A stretch of DNA of 62,689 nucleotides, counting the filler, from Dugesia japonica (Eukaryota), in assembly GCA_001938525.1 (NCBI GenBank). It is 5 parts of 5 records of this genome, joined end to end, with 100 filler letters (N's around TTAATTAATTAA, not from the genome) between each part and the next. Parts side by side here need not be neighbours in the genome. Positions count along the whole stretch, not along the records: positions 1 to 24,543 come from MQRL01602550.1; 4 more parts are not named here. The stretch is one strand, 5' to 3'. How positions within the stretch are numbered: position 1 is the first letter of the stretch; the number at the start of each line of letters is the position of its first letter. Under the pieces are notes generated by a model. It did not search any database. It saw only the letters and a program-made list of their open reading frames with translations, and was not told the origin of the DNA. The translations under genes were made by a program, and so were the position numbers. Shown here piece by piece: positions 1-12,926 of the stretch.

Positions 1-420
1 AAATCTGGAGGAGAAGAGAAGTGTTGGGATGAAATTCTTTCAAAAGTTGAGTTTTCATTCAATTGCACGATATCAAAGGTGACATGATTCTTTCCGATGA
101 AAGTTATCTATGGAAAGAAAATTAATATTCATTCAACGTAATAATTCAAGATTAACCGTAAAGAAGTTCTGGAAAAGGCCGATAGTAACATAAACGAAAC
201 TTCAAAAAATGATGAATTAAAAAGGAAACCGAGTTGAAAAGGAATTGAAAGTAGGAGATAAAGTTCTGGTAAAAAGAGATCCGGCAAAACTAAAGAAAAA
301 CGATTATATATTATGGGCCTTTCACCTCATTAAGTAAGATTGGAGAATTCAGAAGGTTTGTATAGAGTGGCTAAAAAAGTGTTGAAACTCTGGATGAGAC
401 GGAGAAGTTGGAAATTGTTG
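1..420 (+). mobile_element. 3' end of a degenerate Ty3/gypsy LTR retrotransposon (integrase C-terminus), upstream of the first visible Wnt exon and probably intronic
   Basis: Manual translation around 245-325 gives LKVGDKVLVKRDPAKLKKNDYI followed by a frameshifted YGPF, typical of the GPY/F module. A purine-rich tract followed by TGTTGTGA at ~416 could be the PPT and LTR start. Confidence 0.5.
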
Positions 421-637
421 TGACCTTGAAGTTTTGTTTAAATATTAAACTGTAAATAATAAATATATTTTTGAATTTAAAGATGTCAATCATTACTGAT
501 GTAACTAAAGTTTTAACCAGAACTTTTAAAAATCATTAAACATTTTGTAGAGAATTAAAAAGAAAACCAAATCTTTTGAAAAAACAATTAAATATTTTGA
601 ATTCTCTATTATTAAAACTTAGTTTTGTAATATTTAG

Positions 638-1436
638 CAACACCTGAGTCTGCATTTATTTTGTCAATTATTTCTGCTGGTGTATCATATCAAGTAACTA
701 AAGCTTGTAGTCAAGGAGTCCATAGTAATTGTGGATGTGACAGAACAGTTTATGATGCTCCTAAAGATTCTAAATTTACATGGTCTGGATGCTCACATAA
801 TATACATTTTGGAGCTGCCTTTTCTAGAAGATTTTTAGATGCAAGAGAGAAAAAAAGATTAAAAGGACAAACTGCTGCAGCTTTAACCAACATGCATAAC
901 AATCATGTTGGCAGGGAAGTAATTCAATAATTTATTCAATGGAATTATCATTAATTATAATTTAGAGTGTCATTAATAAAATGAGAATTAAATGTAAGTG
1001 CCATGGAGTCAGCGGATCTTGTGAAATGAAAACCTGCAGTAGAAATTTACCCTCATTTCGAGTCGTTGGAGATCAATTAAAAGAAAGTTTTCAAAAAATA
1101 ATTCAAGTTGATTTCGTTGATAATAAATTAACACCGAAATATCCATCTAAGGAAATGTTTGCTGAAGTCGATATGCTTTATTTAAATGATTCCCCAGACC
1201 ACTGTAATCATGATTTCCAAAGAGGAACTTTAGGCACAAATGGGAGAATATGTAATGCTACTTATAAAAATACAAATCAAGAACCAGAAAACAGTTGTTA
1301 TCGTTTATGTTGTCAACGTGGGTATCATATTAAAACATATATTAAAGACGAGCAATGCCGATGTAAATTTAAATGGTGTTGTAAAGTGATTTGTGAAATT
1401 TGTCAAAGAAACGTTATTGATGCTATATGTAATTGA
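638..1436 (+). CDS. wnt: Wnt family ligand (Wnt4/Wnt11-like), last two coding exons 638-918 and 966-1436; 5' exons lie outside the window
   Basis: TPESAFILSIISAGVSYQVTKACSQG, WSGCSHN, NMHNNHVGR, CKCHGVSGSC (acylated Ser motif), YLNDSPDHC, GTNGRIC and CRCKFKWCCKVIC are Wnt hallmarks. The GT-AG intron 919-965 (47 nt) keeps the frame. TGA at 1434-1436; AATAAA at ~1540 and ~1581. Confidence 0.96.
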
Positions 1437-2114
1437 TAAACATTTTTAAAAATGCATGCTTTCATTTTCAAAATTCCAGAATTTCTATTCAGATTGGCCA
1501 TATAAAGATTTCTCAAAAGTTTTGTATTATATTTTAGAGAAATAAAATGATTCATTTTTTATAATAATTTAAAATTTTTAATATAAATTTCTGTCATCAA
1601 TTATTTCTTTTTAAATAATATTGTAAGAGTAGATTAATTGCAGAATTATATTCTGTGGAATTTTGGCTTTGATTTTTGAAAATATTAAAATAAACTTTAA
1701 ATGAATTTAAAATTTTTTTAAATATTTTAAAATAATACAATAAAATTCTAAAACTAAAATTAAGATTTATAAAAACAGACGTTTTTAAATTTATCAATTA
1801 TAAAAAAATTTAGAATTGAAGTTGAATCTCAAATTATTTTCGTCTGCTTAATTTGTTTGATGTACATTAAACTCGTTAAAATTCTATAGTAATTATCTCA
1901 GACTTGCTTAACATGTGCTTCTATTTAAAAGTAAACCTGTAAGTAGCTATTGAATATGTCTAAATTTTAGAGATTTCCTCAATTCAGTATGGGGATCCTA
2001 GCGCATCGCCCTATATTAAGTGATTTGTGCGATTATCTGTGATTTAATAGTTTAATCTATGATGTAATAACATCATCGGAAATTTAATCCATCAATTAAA
2101 TTTATTATGTAATT

Positions 2115-2925
2115 TTTATTGGTAATATTTTTTCAGGCTTTTTAGGCAGTAAAAATTTTCAAATGATTTTATTTGGCAAAATTTTTTCCTGTGGTTTTAG
2201 TTGGTAAAAGTTTTTTAAATGATTTTAGTTGGCAAAAATGTTTTCAAGCTTTTTAAGCGGCAATATTTTTCTAGGCTTTCAAAGCAGTACAATTTTTTCA
2301 GGCTTTTTAAGCAGCAATATTTTTTAGACTTTATTTGGAAATTTATTTGGTGAGGTCGAATAAGTTCAATTTTTGATTGGTCCAAGTGAATTTGATCAAA
2401 ACTTTCTCGTTGAGGTTGAATGTGGTACATTTTTTACTGGTTTAGGTGAAATTGGTCTAACTTTTCCTCCGGTTTGGTCAAATTGGGTAATGTTTGGGTA
2501 AATTAGTTGAATATTTACTCGGATTTGGTCAGTTTTGGTAATCTTTGGATGATTTGGTCAAATATTTCATCGGAAATGGTTAAGTTTGTTAATTTTTTGG
2601 AAGATTTGGTCAATTATATTCTCGGGGTTGCTCGGTTTGGGTAATTTTTGGATTATCTTAGTTAATTATTTCCTCTGGATTGCTCTATTTGGGTGATTTT
2701 TGGGTGAATTGGTTGATTACTTACTCAGGATCGGTCAGTTCGGGTAATTCTTGGACAACTTGGTCAATCATTTACTCAAAATAAAATAATTTTGGTCAAT
2801 TATTTACTTGGTTTGGGCTATTTAGGTTAATTATTTACTCAGTTTAGGCAATATTCTTCGTTTATTTACTCACTGTGGTCAGTTTGGGTAATTTTTGGAC
2901 AATCTTTGTCAATTATTTACTCACA
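2115..2925. repeat. Compound minisatellite: ~27-nt units (2115-2340) grading into ~52-nt units built from TTTGGTCAA/TTTGGGTAA subrepeats (2340-2925)
   Basis: Units such as caggctttttaagcagcaatatttttt repeat, and cgg-started units recur at ~2520, 2571, 2623, 2675 and 2726. Confidence 0.75.
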
Positions 2926-3539
2926 AGAGCAAGGTTTAAGAGAATTTGAATAATAATTTTTTTGATAAAAGAAACTCATTTTTATTATTCATAAATTTTT
3001 GTCCCAAAGTAATTATGTGAAAATTCTATTAGCATCATGACTTGAGTATAGTAATAACTTTTGCCAATATTTGGAATCATTTTATTTAAATAATTTTTTT
3101 TATTTATTTCTATATAAAATGCACGGCTAAGGACATTATTGCTAGAGCTTCGTAGTGGCAGGGACTAGAAAAGATGGCTGTTTTAGTGGACATCTTCTCT
3201 GGTCCGCGCTATAGAAGCGGAGGAACCAGAAAATGTTAGGCCTTAGGCCGAAGAATCCTAATATTATTCCAGTTGATATATTTTTTGTGTTTTTTCCATA
3301 TGTGTTTTATTTGAAAAATCATTAAAATTATTTATCACAGAAATGACAGAATATTATCGACCCGACCTTCCACTCGTTTTGACCAACGATGGTGAGGTGG
3401 GAACATTCTGGATTCCGTGGCGTTGTGCCGTGTAGCTACTCAATGATCAAAGAGATAAATATGAGAAAGAGAACATGTGTAATTATTAACAATATTTATT
3501 AATATAAATCAGCAGATTACAGAAGATAAAACAGATTAC

Positions 3540-5290
3540 ATTAATGAGAAGCTTGTGTTTGCATCTTTCTAACCAAAAAATCACAATTAGGGGTATAATT
3601 GGACAAAGATAATAATAAAGAATCTTCAATATAGAAATCGGTGAGAGTAGAAAGTTGTTTAATTTTCGTTAACTTGAAATTCAAAAATGCTGATTCAGAA
3701 AGAAATGTTGATCCGAAACAAGAATAAATATATTCGCTACATTTGGTGGTACTGGAATATTTCTCTAGGTTAACATATTTCTTAAAATCTTCTTCAAACT
3801 TTCAGGCTTGTAAGATTAAATCACTTTGTAAAATTAAAATTTCACTTTCTAATTCCTTTTGCTCCATATGAAAAATGTGCAAAATCTTTTGGCTAATGCG
3901 TTTCACACTTAAATCATTTTAAAAGGAAATGTTATATATTCCACAATTTCTTCAATTTTTTCAAAATCTTGGAATCGGACCTCAAAATCTTCAATTACTT
4001 TTTAGATTTCTGCTACGTATTTGTCAATATTATAATTAATATTTTTTTATTTTTGTAAATGATCTGACATATGTGGAAAATGATTCAGATTATTTTGTTG
4101 CAGATCTTCTTTAAGTAATACAAATTTTGTTTTATATGCATATATGCAGCTGATGATTTCAATTACTGTTTATTTTACCTTGTAACTCTAAATTTAAATC
4201 ACTTAACATTAAAGTCAAATCGGTAAGAACAGCTAAGTCACTAAGCCAAGTTTTATCATTTAAATTTTCACATTTTTTATCTTGCTCGTTGAGAAAATCT
4301 ATTATTTCAGGCAATAAATCACGAAAACGTTGATGAAATTTACCTCTACGTAGCCATCTTACATCGGTATGTAGTAATAATTCAGGTTGCCCCTCATCAA
4401 ACTGCATTTAGAAGAGACATCATTTAAGGGAATTTCCTTGAATTGAATTACCAATTTTAATTGCTAGGTCCATAACTTCTTTTGTGTTAAGCCACTTGCC
4501 AGTGAATTATGCAAATGTAACTCAAAGAAGCTGGAAGTCGTCTTCATTTTGACATATGGCTTTAAATCCATTTATGTGACCTATCATTGCAGCTGCGCCA
4601 TCCGTTGTTATTGAAATTAATTTAAAAGTGATACTTTCATATCATTGAGCAAATTTTTAAAGGCTTTGAATATATCTACGTCTCTAGTTCTTTCTTTTTT
4701 GAAGAAATAATTCCTAACAATTCTTCTTTAGATGTAAAATCCTTAAAAATCATACGAATGAAAACAAATAGTTGTGCTATATCACTTATATCTGTTGATT
4801 CATCACATTGAAGGGAAAAACAAAACATCTATTAATATCATTATATACTGATATTTTAAATCTTCACTCATCTTCTCAATTCGGCGCATCACAGTAATTC
4901 GAGAGAATTGTAGATCTTCAATTGCAGAAATAATTTCACTCTTGTTTTTAAAATAGCTAAAAAGTGAATTTGATATTTCCAAAAATGTTTCCTTGAAAAA
5001 TTCACCCTCGGACAATGGTTTACATTTTTTGCTAAGAGATAGCTAACTTTGAATAATGCAGTATTTACTGATTGTGACTTCAAGATTGACTTTTTAAAAG
5101 CATTTCGTTGATTTGTTAATTGCATTTTAAGATCCCTAAATTTATGTTTTCTCAATTTGGTATTTTGCGGATAATCTGTTTGTTATGTAAAGTTTAAAAG
5201 TGTCTCTCCAGATTACCTTTTTTACCAATGGCTATCGAGGTAAGGCATATTAAGCAACAACATTTATCATTTACCATTGTACTTACAATT
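3540..5290 (-). mobile_element. Decayed hAT transposase (SPIN/GTF2IRD2/Charlie-like)
   Basis: ORF fragments LLLHTDVRWL, DLAVLTDLT..LNLELQG and FSRITVMRRIEKMSEDL, plus manually read DESTDISDIAQL. Many stops and frameshifts. A SPIN-like terminus (CAGGGATGTCCAACCT on minus) ends at ~7235. Confidence 0.85.
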
Positions 5291-8019
5291 AAAACAGAAG
5301 AAAAATTAAAATTTACGTAGACACCGTCGGTAGATAATATGGATTAATAATTTTTCGATTTTTTTGATTTACTACTCATGTTCATGGGTATACTAAAATG
5401 CAAAATAAATACTTCATGACAATTTATTTTTCCTTACTTATCTGAAATGAATTAAACATTGAATTAATATTTTCCAAGAAAATTAAAAACTCATAAACTG
5501 CTGTCATTAACTTCGTTAACGGCTTCAGCTTGACGTCTGTGCCACAAATTAGTTTAAAGCATAAAGAAAAGATACTTAGAATTTAAACATCAGAAAAATT
5601 GAAATTTAACGTAGTCATTGCTGATAGATAATATGGATTAATAATAATAATATTGTTAATACTCAAGAAAAAAAGCTACAGTATGACACTACCAAATATT
5701 GCCTTATTCATATTTATTTCAACACACTACTGGTTGTCTTACTATGAGTCATAATTGCATGCATACTGTTGGCGGATTGCGCATTACTAGTTAATAATAT
5801 TGCGCAATATTATTTTCAACAATGATACGACTTAGAGACTTTACCTATTTCATTAGTAACAAGACAGTTTTTGCGCGATCAACCAAAAGTGTCTTTACTG
5901 TATTACATTGCTTTAGTATACTCATTTCCTTAATAAATCTATTGATTTCACTCTATCCCATTAGGTTACTGTACTTATTTGCTTACTATATCCATTATCT
6001 CTGCATATATAGACACATATAGACGTTGCTGTGTTCATTGATTAAGGGATTAATTTACTGTATTTAACTTGAAGAAATTTTTATAACTTAATAACTATGT
6101 AATTTGATTAACTGTATCATTAGTTGTAAAATGAAATAGATTATAACCATAGAATCATGCTAATCCTCAGTAAACATAAGAATCAGCTTAGTGTTTATTT
6201 TAACGAAAATAGTGACTATTGCTTATAGATTTATGTGTAATGGAACAAATTACGCATATTCAATGAATGTAGTCACGGTATTGATTAACTTGAACGATTG
6301 GATTAAGATAACTGAAACTATTGAATCCAATATGTGAGTGAAATACGTAAATGAATTGAATGTATAGGTTTAATAAATGTATCGGGTTCATTGAATGTAC
6401 TAGATTTATTGATTGTATTGGATTAATGAATGTATCGGATTTAATGATTTTAATTGGTTTCGATAGAGGATATACATATGCTGACACATTTTCTTTTATA
6501 ATATTAAACAATTGCTACTGTTCCTTTGCTACATCATCTTTAATGATAAGTTTGAACTTCTTTGTTAATATTGCTTCCATTTTTAGCGACATAAATATTA
6601 AAATTAAAACGATTTATATAAAGATTCAATCAATCATGTTATACTTACATTACCAAATCAAATTCATACATTTATACACACCTAAATTTATATTACTTAT
6701 TAGGTTTTAGTCTTGATAATAATAATTTTAATAGGTTTAATATAAATCTGTCTATATTTATTCAAGGTATGTATATTCTTTAGTGCATGGATGTGTTGGG
6801 TATTACAACTCAACAAAAGATTTTATGGTTCGAAAAATATAATTAAGATTTTACGGGTGTTGAATTCTTTATCTTTATGTGTGTGTTGATACTTTATTAT
6901 ATAAATGATATATGACACGATAAATAGACTGATATAGTGTGTTATCCTATATAAATAAATAAAATCAANNNNNNNNNNNNNNNNNNNNNNNNNNNNNNNN
7001 NNNNNNNNNNNNNNNNNNAATAAATAATTTAAAAAACAATATAATTTTGTTAAAACTAAATTAACATTATTGGATTAATTATTAGATTAATTTATTATAT
7101 TAATGGATTTTTAAATTTTTTTTGTTGTTGAAAAAAATACATTTTCAGTAAACTATGGCTCAGTATAGTTTTGCGGCCCAGTTAAATATTTAAGTTTACA
7201 ATGCGGCCCATTAAATTAAAAGGTTGGACATCCCTGTTTTAGTGTATACCTATTGAAATTTATATGTTAATGGAACTGATAAAGTACTAAATTACAATAG
7301 TGTATGAATTATTGTACTTAATAAATATTTTATTGGTATAAGTCATTAGTGTATGCTGTATTGAATCGAGTGTATTATTGCTTACATTTAAGCGATTTGT
7401 TATGAATTAATGAAAATTAGTATGTTTTAATGAAAATCAGCCTATTTCTATAAAATATGATTATACTTTGAAGAAATTGTTGTATAAAGACTTTGTATAA
7501 AAGGTCAATAAGTAGTGAAATTTTTGTATAATTTATTCAAGTTTGTATACAATTGTTATTGTTTCTATGCTATTGGTGTAAATAAACCTAATGAATGTTA
7601 ATAAACTTAATGTATTTGTCTATAAAACATTCTTAATAAATCAGTTAAACCTATCATATTCAGTGAAAACAGTATATGAAATACAATCCTATACATTTCA
7701 TGAAACTATAGAAAACGCTAAGAAAACCATTGAGTATTGAAAAAGCTATAGAATACTCAGAAAACCAAATAATAAGTTATAATCAAAAGACGAAAACATA
7801 CAACAGTATATAGATTTTATTAACAATCAAACTAATTATTTGGTATCTAGAGAAAAGAAGGAACACAAAAAACAGATGAGCAAGCAGAGGGCCAGGCTAG
7901 TAAAAGAAGGAGGAGTAAGCAAAAAGGTTGGCAGATAATGATGAACGATGTATATTTTATGGAAAAGGATACTTGACAACTCCTAATTATGCAACACATA
8001 AGTTTATTAAATCTATTAA

Positions 8020-8640
8020 GTAATCATTTATCTTGAAAACTAAGAATATTCATATAGCAAACCCTATGTAAAAACTGTTTAGAATTTTATTTTGAGTTCA
8101 ATGATATCATATTTGTTTGATTATGATAAGTATTTCTCGAATAAAAAATTTATTCATGGTGGGACATGACAGCTGGCCATTTTTTATCTTTTGACCCAAG
8201 CATATTTTTACAGCAAACCCTATACAAAATATGTTTAAAATTTTATTTTTAATCTAATGCCATCAATTTTTAGGCGATACGATAAGTCTTGGCTAAGAAA
8301 TTAATAAACCAAGTCAAAGTGGTTTAGAACATTACTACTTTGTAGTGAGAACCAAATATTTTACGAGAAAAGTAATGCAACATTCATAAAGAGAATTTAA
8401 TTTTGAGTTCAACCTTACTAAAATTAAAACCACACGATAAAAACTGATTGAAAAATTTATAAAAGCAAAATTAGAACTTCCTGAGCAAAATTTCGACCAA
8501 TAAAATTCGAAATCGAAAATTTTTTCAACACAAATTTTTAACTAATCAAATTTTAAAAATTCTAAACTAAAAATTCCAAACCACCTTGCCGGCGGCGGGG
8601 GGCTATGTGGTTCAGTGCGTTACTATCTATCTACTCCCCA
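8020..8640. repeat. Dispersed non-coding repeat with internal ACAGCAAACCCTAT subrepeats and a GC-rich end (copy 1)
   Basis: Aligns by eye with 59405-59895 (ggtgggaca..., catatttttacagcaaacccta, ...cagtgcg.tta.atct). Confidence 0.7.
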
Positions 8641-9399
8641 AAAATCCACCTATTTGCCTCGAAAACATCATTTTTCAAAAAATCATTATATCTAACCCCA
8701 CCACACAGAAAAAAATTGATTTAAGATTTATAATCTCCAATAATTAATTTACTTTCCAACAAAAAATATTTCAACCCCATGAAAAATTTGTTTAACCCCT
8801 ATATCTTACTTACAAAAATTAACCAATCAAATTATCGACCAAAGATTCATCAAATTAACTCATTTTTAGTACCAACATATTCACTTTCACATTACCTCTT
8901 CAAAAAGCTAATAAGTACCCACAAAACTAAAAACAACCCAAAAACCGTGGGCGATAACTCATCAGCTGTTCCAATGCGCTGCTACCCTTTATAAATAGAA
9001 CGAAGCATCCTAAACGATAAGTTCTTTTGACAATGTATAGACAGAATTTGGTCCTGACGCAACCATACCAACGTACTCTAAAAACGTGAAAATCAATCAT
9101 TGCACAATACAATTGAGTGCACTTTCACCTTTGCATCCATAACATTTTGCCGACTGCCCTCATCTCCATCAAACTTGCACCTAAATATTCCTCTCAACCT
9201 TATAAACACACGAACCCAAACAATACCTTCAATAACCAACCCCAATCCCTCAGGATCCCTGTCAAAAAAAAGATCCAATAAAAAATTTAATCATACTATA
9301 AATTTTTTTTTAAAAATCCACGATGACCAATATCTAATTTATAGAACAGTGTTATGTCGTTTCGCTAGGAACATGTAGTTGCATGATCAATTATAATGA

Positions 9400-10400
9400 T
9401 TATAAACCTGTTTAACTTGTTTGATAAAATTTAATGAGCCAAAAATATCGATTTCACTGTTTAATATAGTTTGCCATTCCTGGCAAATTGAAGAACTTTT
9501 CAATTCCCTTTCGAGTTTAATTTACTCTAAGATGATTTGCGGTAGATACATCATGAGCTAATTCAAGAATTTTTCTTTCGTACCTTTGAGGAACAACAAC
9601 TTGTTTTCAGAATTTTTAAACATCAAATTTTCTTTTTCTAAAAAAATAATTATCATGTTGTTCTAATGTTTCAAAAATCTCTTTTAGCGATTCGCCATTA
9701 TTTCGTTCAATTTTCAGCTCCTCTAAGTTTATTTCAAAGAGTTCATTTTTGTCTTCTGGGAATTATTCAATTGATATATCTTTAATAACTTTGGCATCTG
9801 AAGGTATTTGTTAAAAGTTTCAGCAGGAATATCATCATTCGATAACATCTTAGGTTTATTAAGTTTCTCTTCCAGTTTACTACCATTTTCTTTTTAATTG
9901 GGTTTTATCTACTTTAATCTAGTTATCATCTGACAAGTATGGTAGATATCATTACCTAGTAGAATACCATGCTTGCTTTCTATTACAATTAGTCTACTAT
10001 TCACCGGTACTCCTTCAATTTTCAGTTCCAATAAACGCTCACAGTTTCACGAGTTAGATCCGAATTTTGAAGATATCGAGGATGAATCACAGTGGTTGAT
10101 GTATCTGTATCTTGAAACTTTTAACAATATAATTTAGAATCTTGCCATTGAATATGTATTTATCCGGAACTTTGGTTGTGGTCAAAATAGCCACTCCACA
10201 CGTATAATATTTAACTGGTTTCTTAAAATTTGATCTTTAAAGCTTTGAATTGACTGTATTATTTGAATATCTTTAAAATTCATTGGATGCATCAAATCGT
10301 TATGTTATTAAAATCGTTAACTCCAGAACAGAATCCTTTTAAACAAAAGATATGATGAAATAAGGCCAGAGAATGCAGAGAAGGTAGGAAAAGTACACGG
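9400..10400 (-). mobile_element. Degenerate Ty3/gypsy LTR retrotransposon fragment, gag-protease-integrase (Gmr1-like order)
   Basis: Minus-strand translation gives KYYTCG (zinc-knuckle remnant, ~10205), QDTDTSTTVIHP and HGILLGND (aspartic protease, ~10110-9950), then KQVVVPQRYERKILELAHDVSTANHLRVN*TRKGIEKFFNLPGMAN (integrase HHCC region, ~9608-9470). Confidence 0.7.
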
Positions 10401-11077
10401 CTATCATCGAAAAACGAAAATTGTTTTAACTATGGCAAATATGTTAAAATTAAATGTCACCGAACACAAATAATAGGAAAGAACAACGCTATATAGAAGT
10501 GAGCACAATAACCAAATCAATCCAGAATGGGAACACTGGGAATTTAATAAACATTCGTGACTCCTATTTAAATTCTTAAACAAATAGAAACCCATGAATA
10601 TTTAATTACTGATAACTATAATTTGAATTTATAATTTTAAATTGTAAAAAGTTATTTATTATCTATTAATAAACAAAAAAAATTGTTTATCAAACTAACG
10701 ATGGATCATATTTTAAATGTTATTTAAATACTCAAAAGAGGGCAATATTGTAACGAAAAAATATCTTTAAATAAGATAAAAAAGTATCACACATTTATAT
10801 AAATTTTTATAGCAATTTTGTATAAAAGAATTCTATTAATAAACTCAATTACTTTGTAGAGGTTAATTTTTTTTCTCATTTAAGTTTGTTATTTTAATTT
10901 TTAATCAGAAGTTCTCAGGATTTTTATATCAATAATTGTAACCTATTTTCAATGANNNNNNNNNNNNNNNNNNNNNNNNNNNNNNNNNNNNNNNNNNNNN
11001 NNNNNNNNNNNNNNNNNNNNNNNNNNNNNNNNNNNNNNNNNNNNNNNNNNNNNNNNNNNNNNNNNNNNNNNNNNNNN

Positions 11078-11110
11078 AAATTTTCGACAATAGTCTTCTT
11101 CAGGAACATG
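11078..11110 (-). ncRNA. Minimal type I hammerhead ribozyme core (best-preserved copy of a dispersed family; truncated by an assembly gap)
   Basis: Minus strand reads gttc-CTGAAGA-a-GAC(tatt)GTC-GAAA-attt: a CUGANGA box, 3-bp stem II, GAAA box and palindromic AAUU stem III. Confidence 0.65.
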
Positions 11111-11463
11111 TTGGCTTCTTGAGATATTCAATGCAATAGATCTTTGAATATTTCCAAAGATCTATTGCATTGCATACAACATTATTTCAATGAATTTACT
11201 ATTTTTTTAAATTCTTCATAGACAGAAGTGACTTCAAAAGTAGATAATTGAAAACTTGAAAATTTTATATTGAAAATTTAAAATGCAAAATAAATATACT
11301 TTTAAACTTAAAATTTAATTTCAAATTTATTTAGTATTTTTAAGAAATAATTAAAATTATGTCTTAAGATAAAGAAAAACAGTTTCTTTAAATTAATTGA
11401 AAATTAACGTAACCATTTCAAAAATAATTTTTTCCTATTGTAAAATTTTTTTAGTTAATATAG

Positions 11464-12887
11464 ATGTTTCATTCTGAACAAATTTTTAATGCACTTAGTA
11501 ATGTTAGTCTTCTTAAGAATAATTTAATACACGGTGATGTCCCTTGCATGCAAGCTGCTAATTTAGCAGTTAAATACGAAGTATCTAGGAATATATCATT
11601 TTAATATTTCTATTTATTATATTTTAAAGGTTAATTTCAATACAAATAATGAAGATAGTAACGGTTTCAGAGTTGTTCAAGCAGTATACAAACAAGAAGC
11701 TCAAATACATGGCGAATTACATACATTATTAGAGGAAGGGAAAGAATTTGTCATTATGTTATATACCTGGAGATCATGTTCTAGAGCTTTACCAACAGTT
11801 AGTTTGGTCATATTATTTTTTAGTTATATCATTAATAAAAACTATGGTTTTTCAATTCGATGTATATTAAACATCTTACAACAATGACTAAGTAATGTTC
11901 AAAATAAAATTTCTTTCTTATTTTTTTATAGATTACTTTGGACATGCAAATATGCTTCTTAAAACACTTATTTGTAATACATTATGTAATTAATTTATGC
12001 TTAAAACTAAAATTTGGAAAAATTCGATTTTTATAGAATTAACAGGTGCAGGTATAATTTTCTAGAATTCACTTAATCTTCTGAATCTTGTTTCAATATT
12101 TCTATTTAAATTACATTTCCAAAATTTAAGAAAATTGAAAAAAATTAACATTTTGAATGGTCAATTCTACAAATTTTATTCAAAGAAGTAGTACGTAATT
12201 TTTATCAATCATGTTTCTTAAATAATAATAACAACAAAAAGAGAGTTACAGTAATTATTTCAGGTTTTTGCAGAAATATATTTAAAAATTTTCAAAATAT
12301 ATTTAAAAAGTTATAAAATATTTAAAAAGTTTCAAAATATATTGCAAAAACAAGACTTTATTTAAATGAATGTATATGAATACTGTAATATTTAATTTTA
12401 ATATATTTTGAACATTTTACAAGATTGTTTTATATATATAAATTTAAAAATAGATACTAGAATAATTGTTCAGAACAAGAATGATTTTATTATTCTATAA
12501 AATTAACGTTAAAAATATTAAAAATACATTTACACAGAAAGACATTAAATGCAACGGAAAATGAAAATCTTTTTGTAACAAATTTTTATATTTTATTTTA
12601 TCAAATGATTTATATATTTTAATTACTATTTTATTATTCTTAATTCTTAAATAATTTTTTAAACAAAACAAGATCTCATTTTGCGTCGTGAATTGGGTCG
12701 GAGGAATGACAGCGCAATTCAAAACAACGCAAATCGGAATAATTTTTCTATAATATTTACATACCTATTTTTGTCAATGAGCGCAAATCGAATTTTTAAC
12801 GACGCAACTTTGAAATTACGAAAGTTTTGTGAACGATGCAAATCGAGGGTTTGGTGTAGAATATACTATAAATTAATTTAAACCAAG

Positions 12888-12926
<39 letters not shown>

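Noticed and set aside
2215-2430. ORF with 9-aa Cys-containing repeats
   Set aside because: By-product of the 27-nt minisatellite; no splice or homology support.
2340-2925. Repeat array as a CRISPR
   Set aside because: Degenerate tandem units with no unique spacers, a eukaryotic context and no cas genes.
8955-8970. CTGATGA on the minus strand as another hammerhead
   Set aside because: No stem II or GAAA box follows.
8700-9360. C/A-skewed stretch suggesting a mitochondrial insertion (NUMT)
   Set aside because: Minus-strand translation gave no recognisable mitochondrial protein or RNA. A CxxC motif hints at a non-LTR 3' end but is too weak to call.
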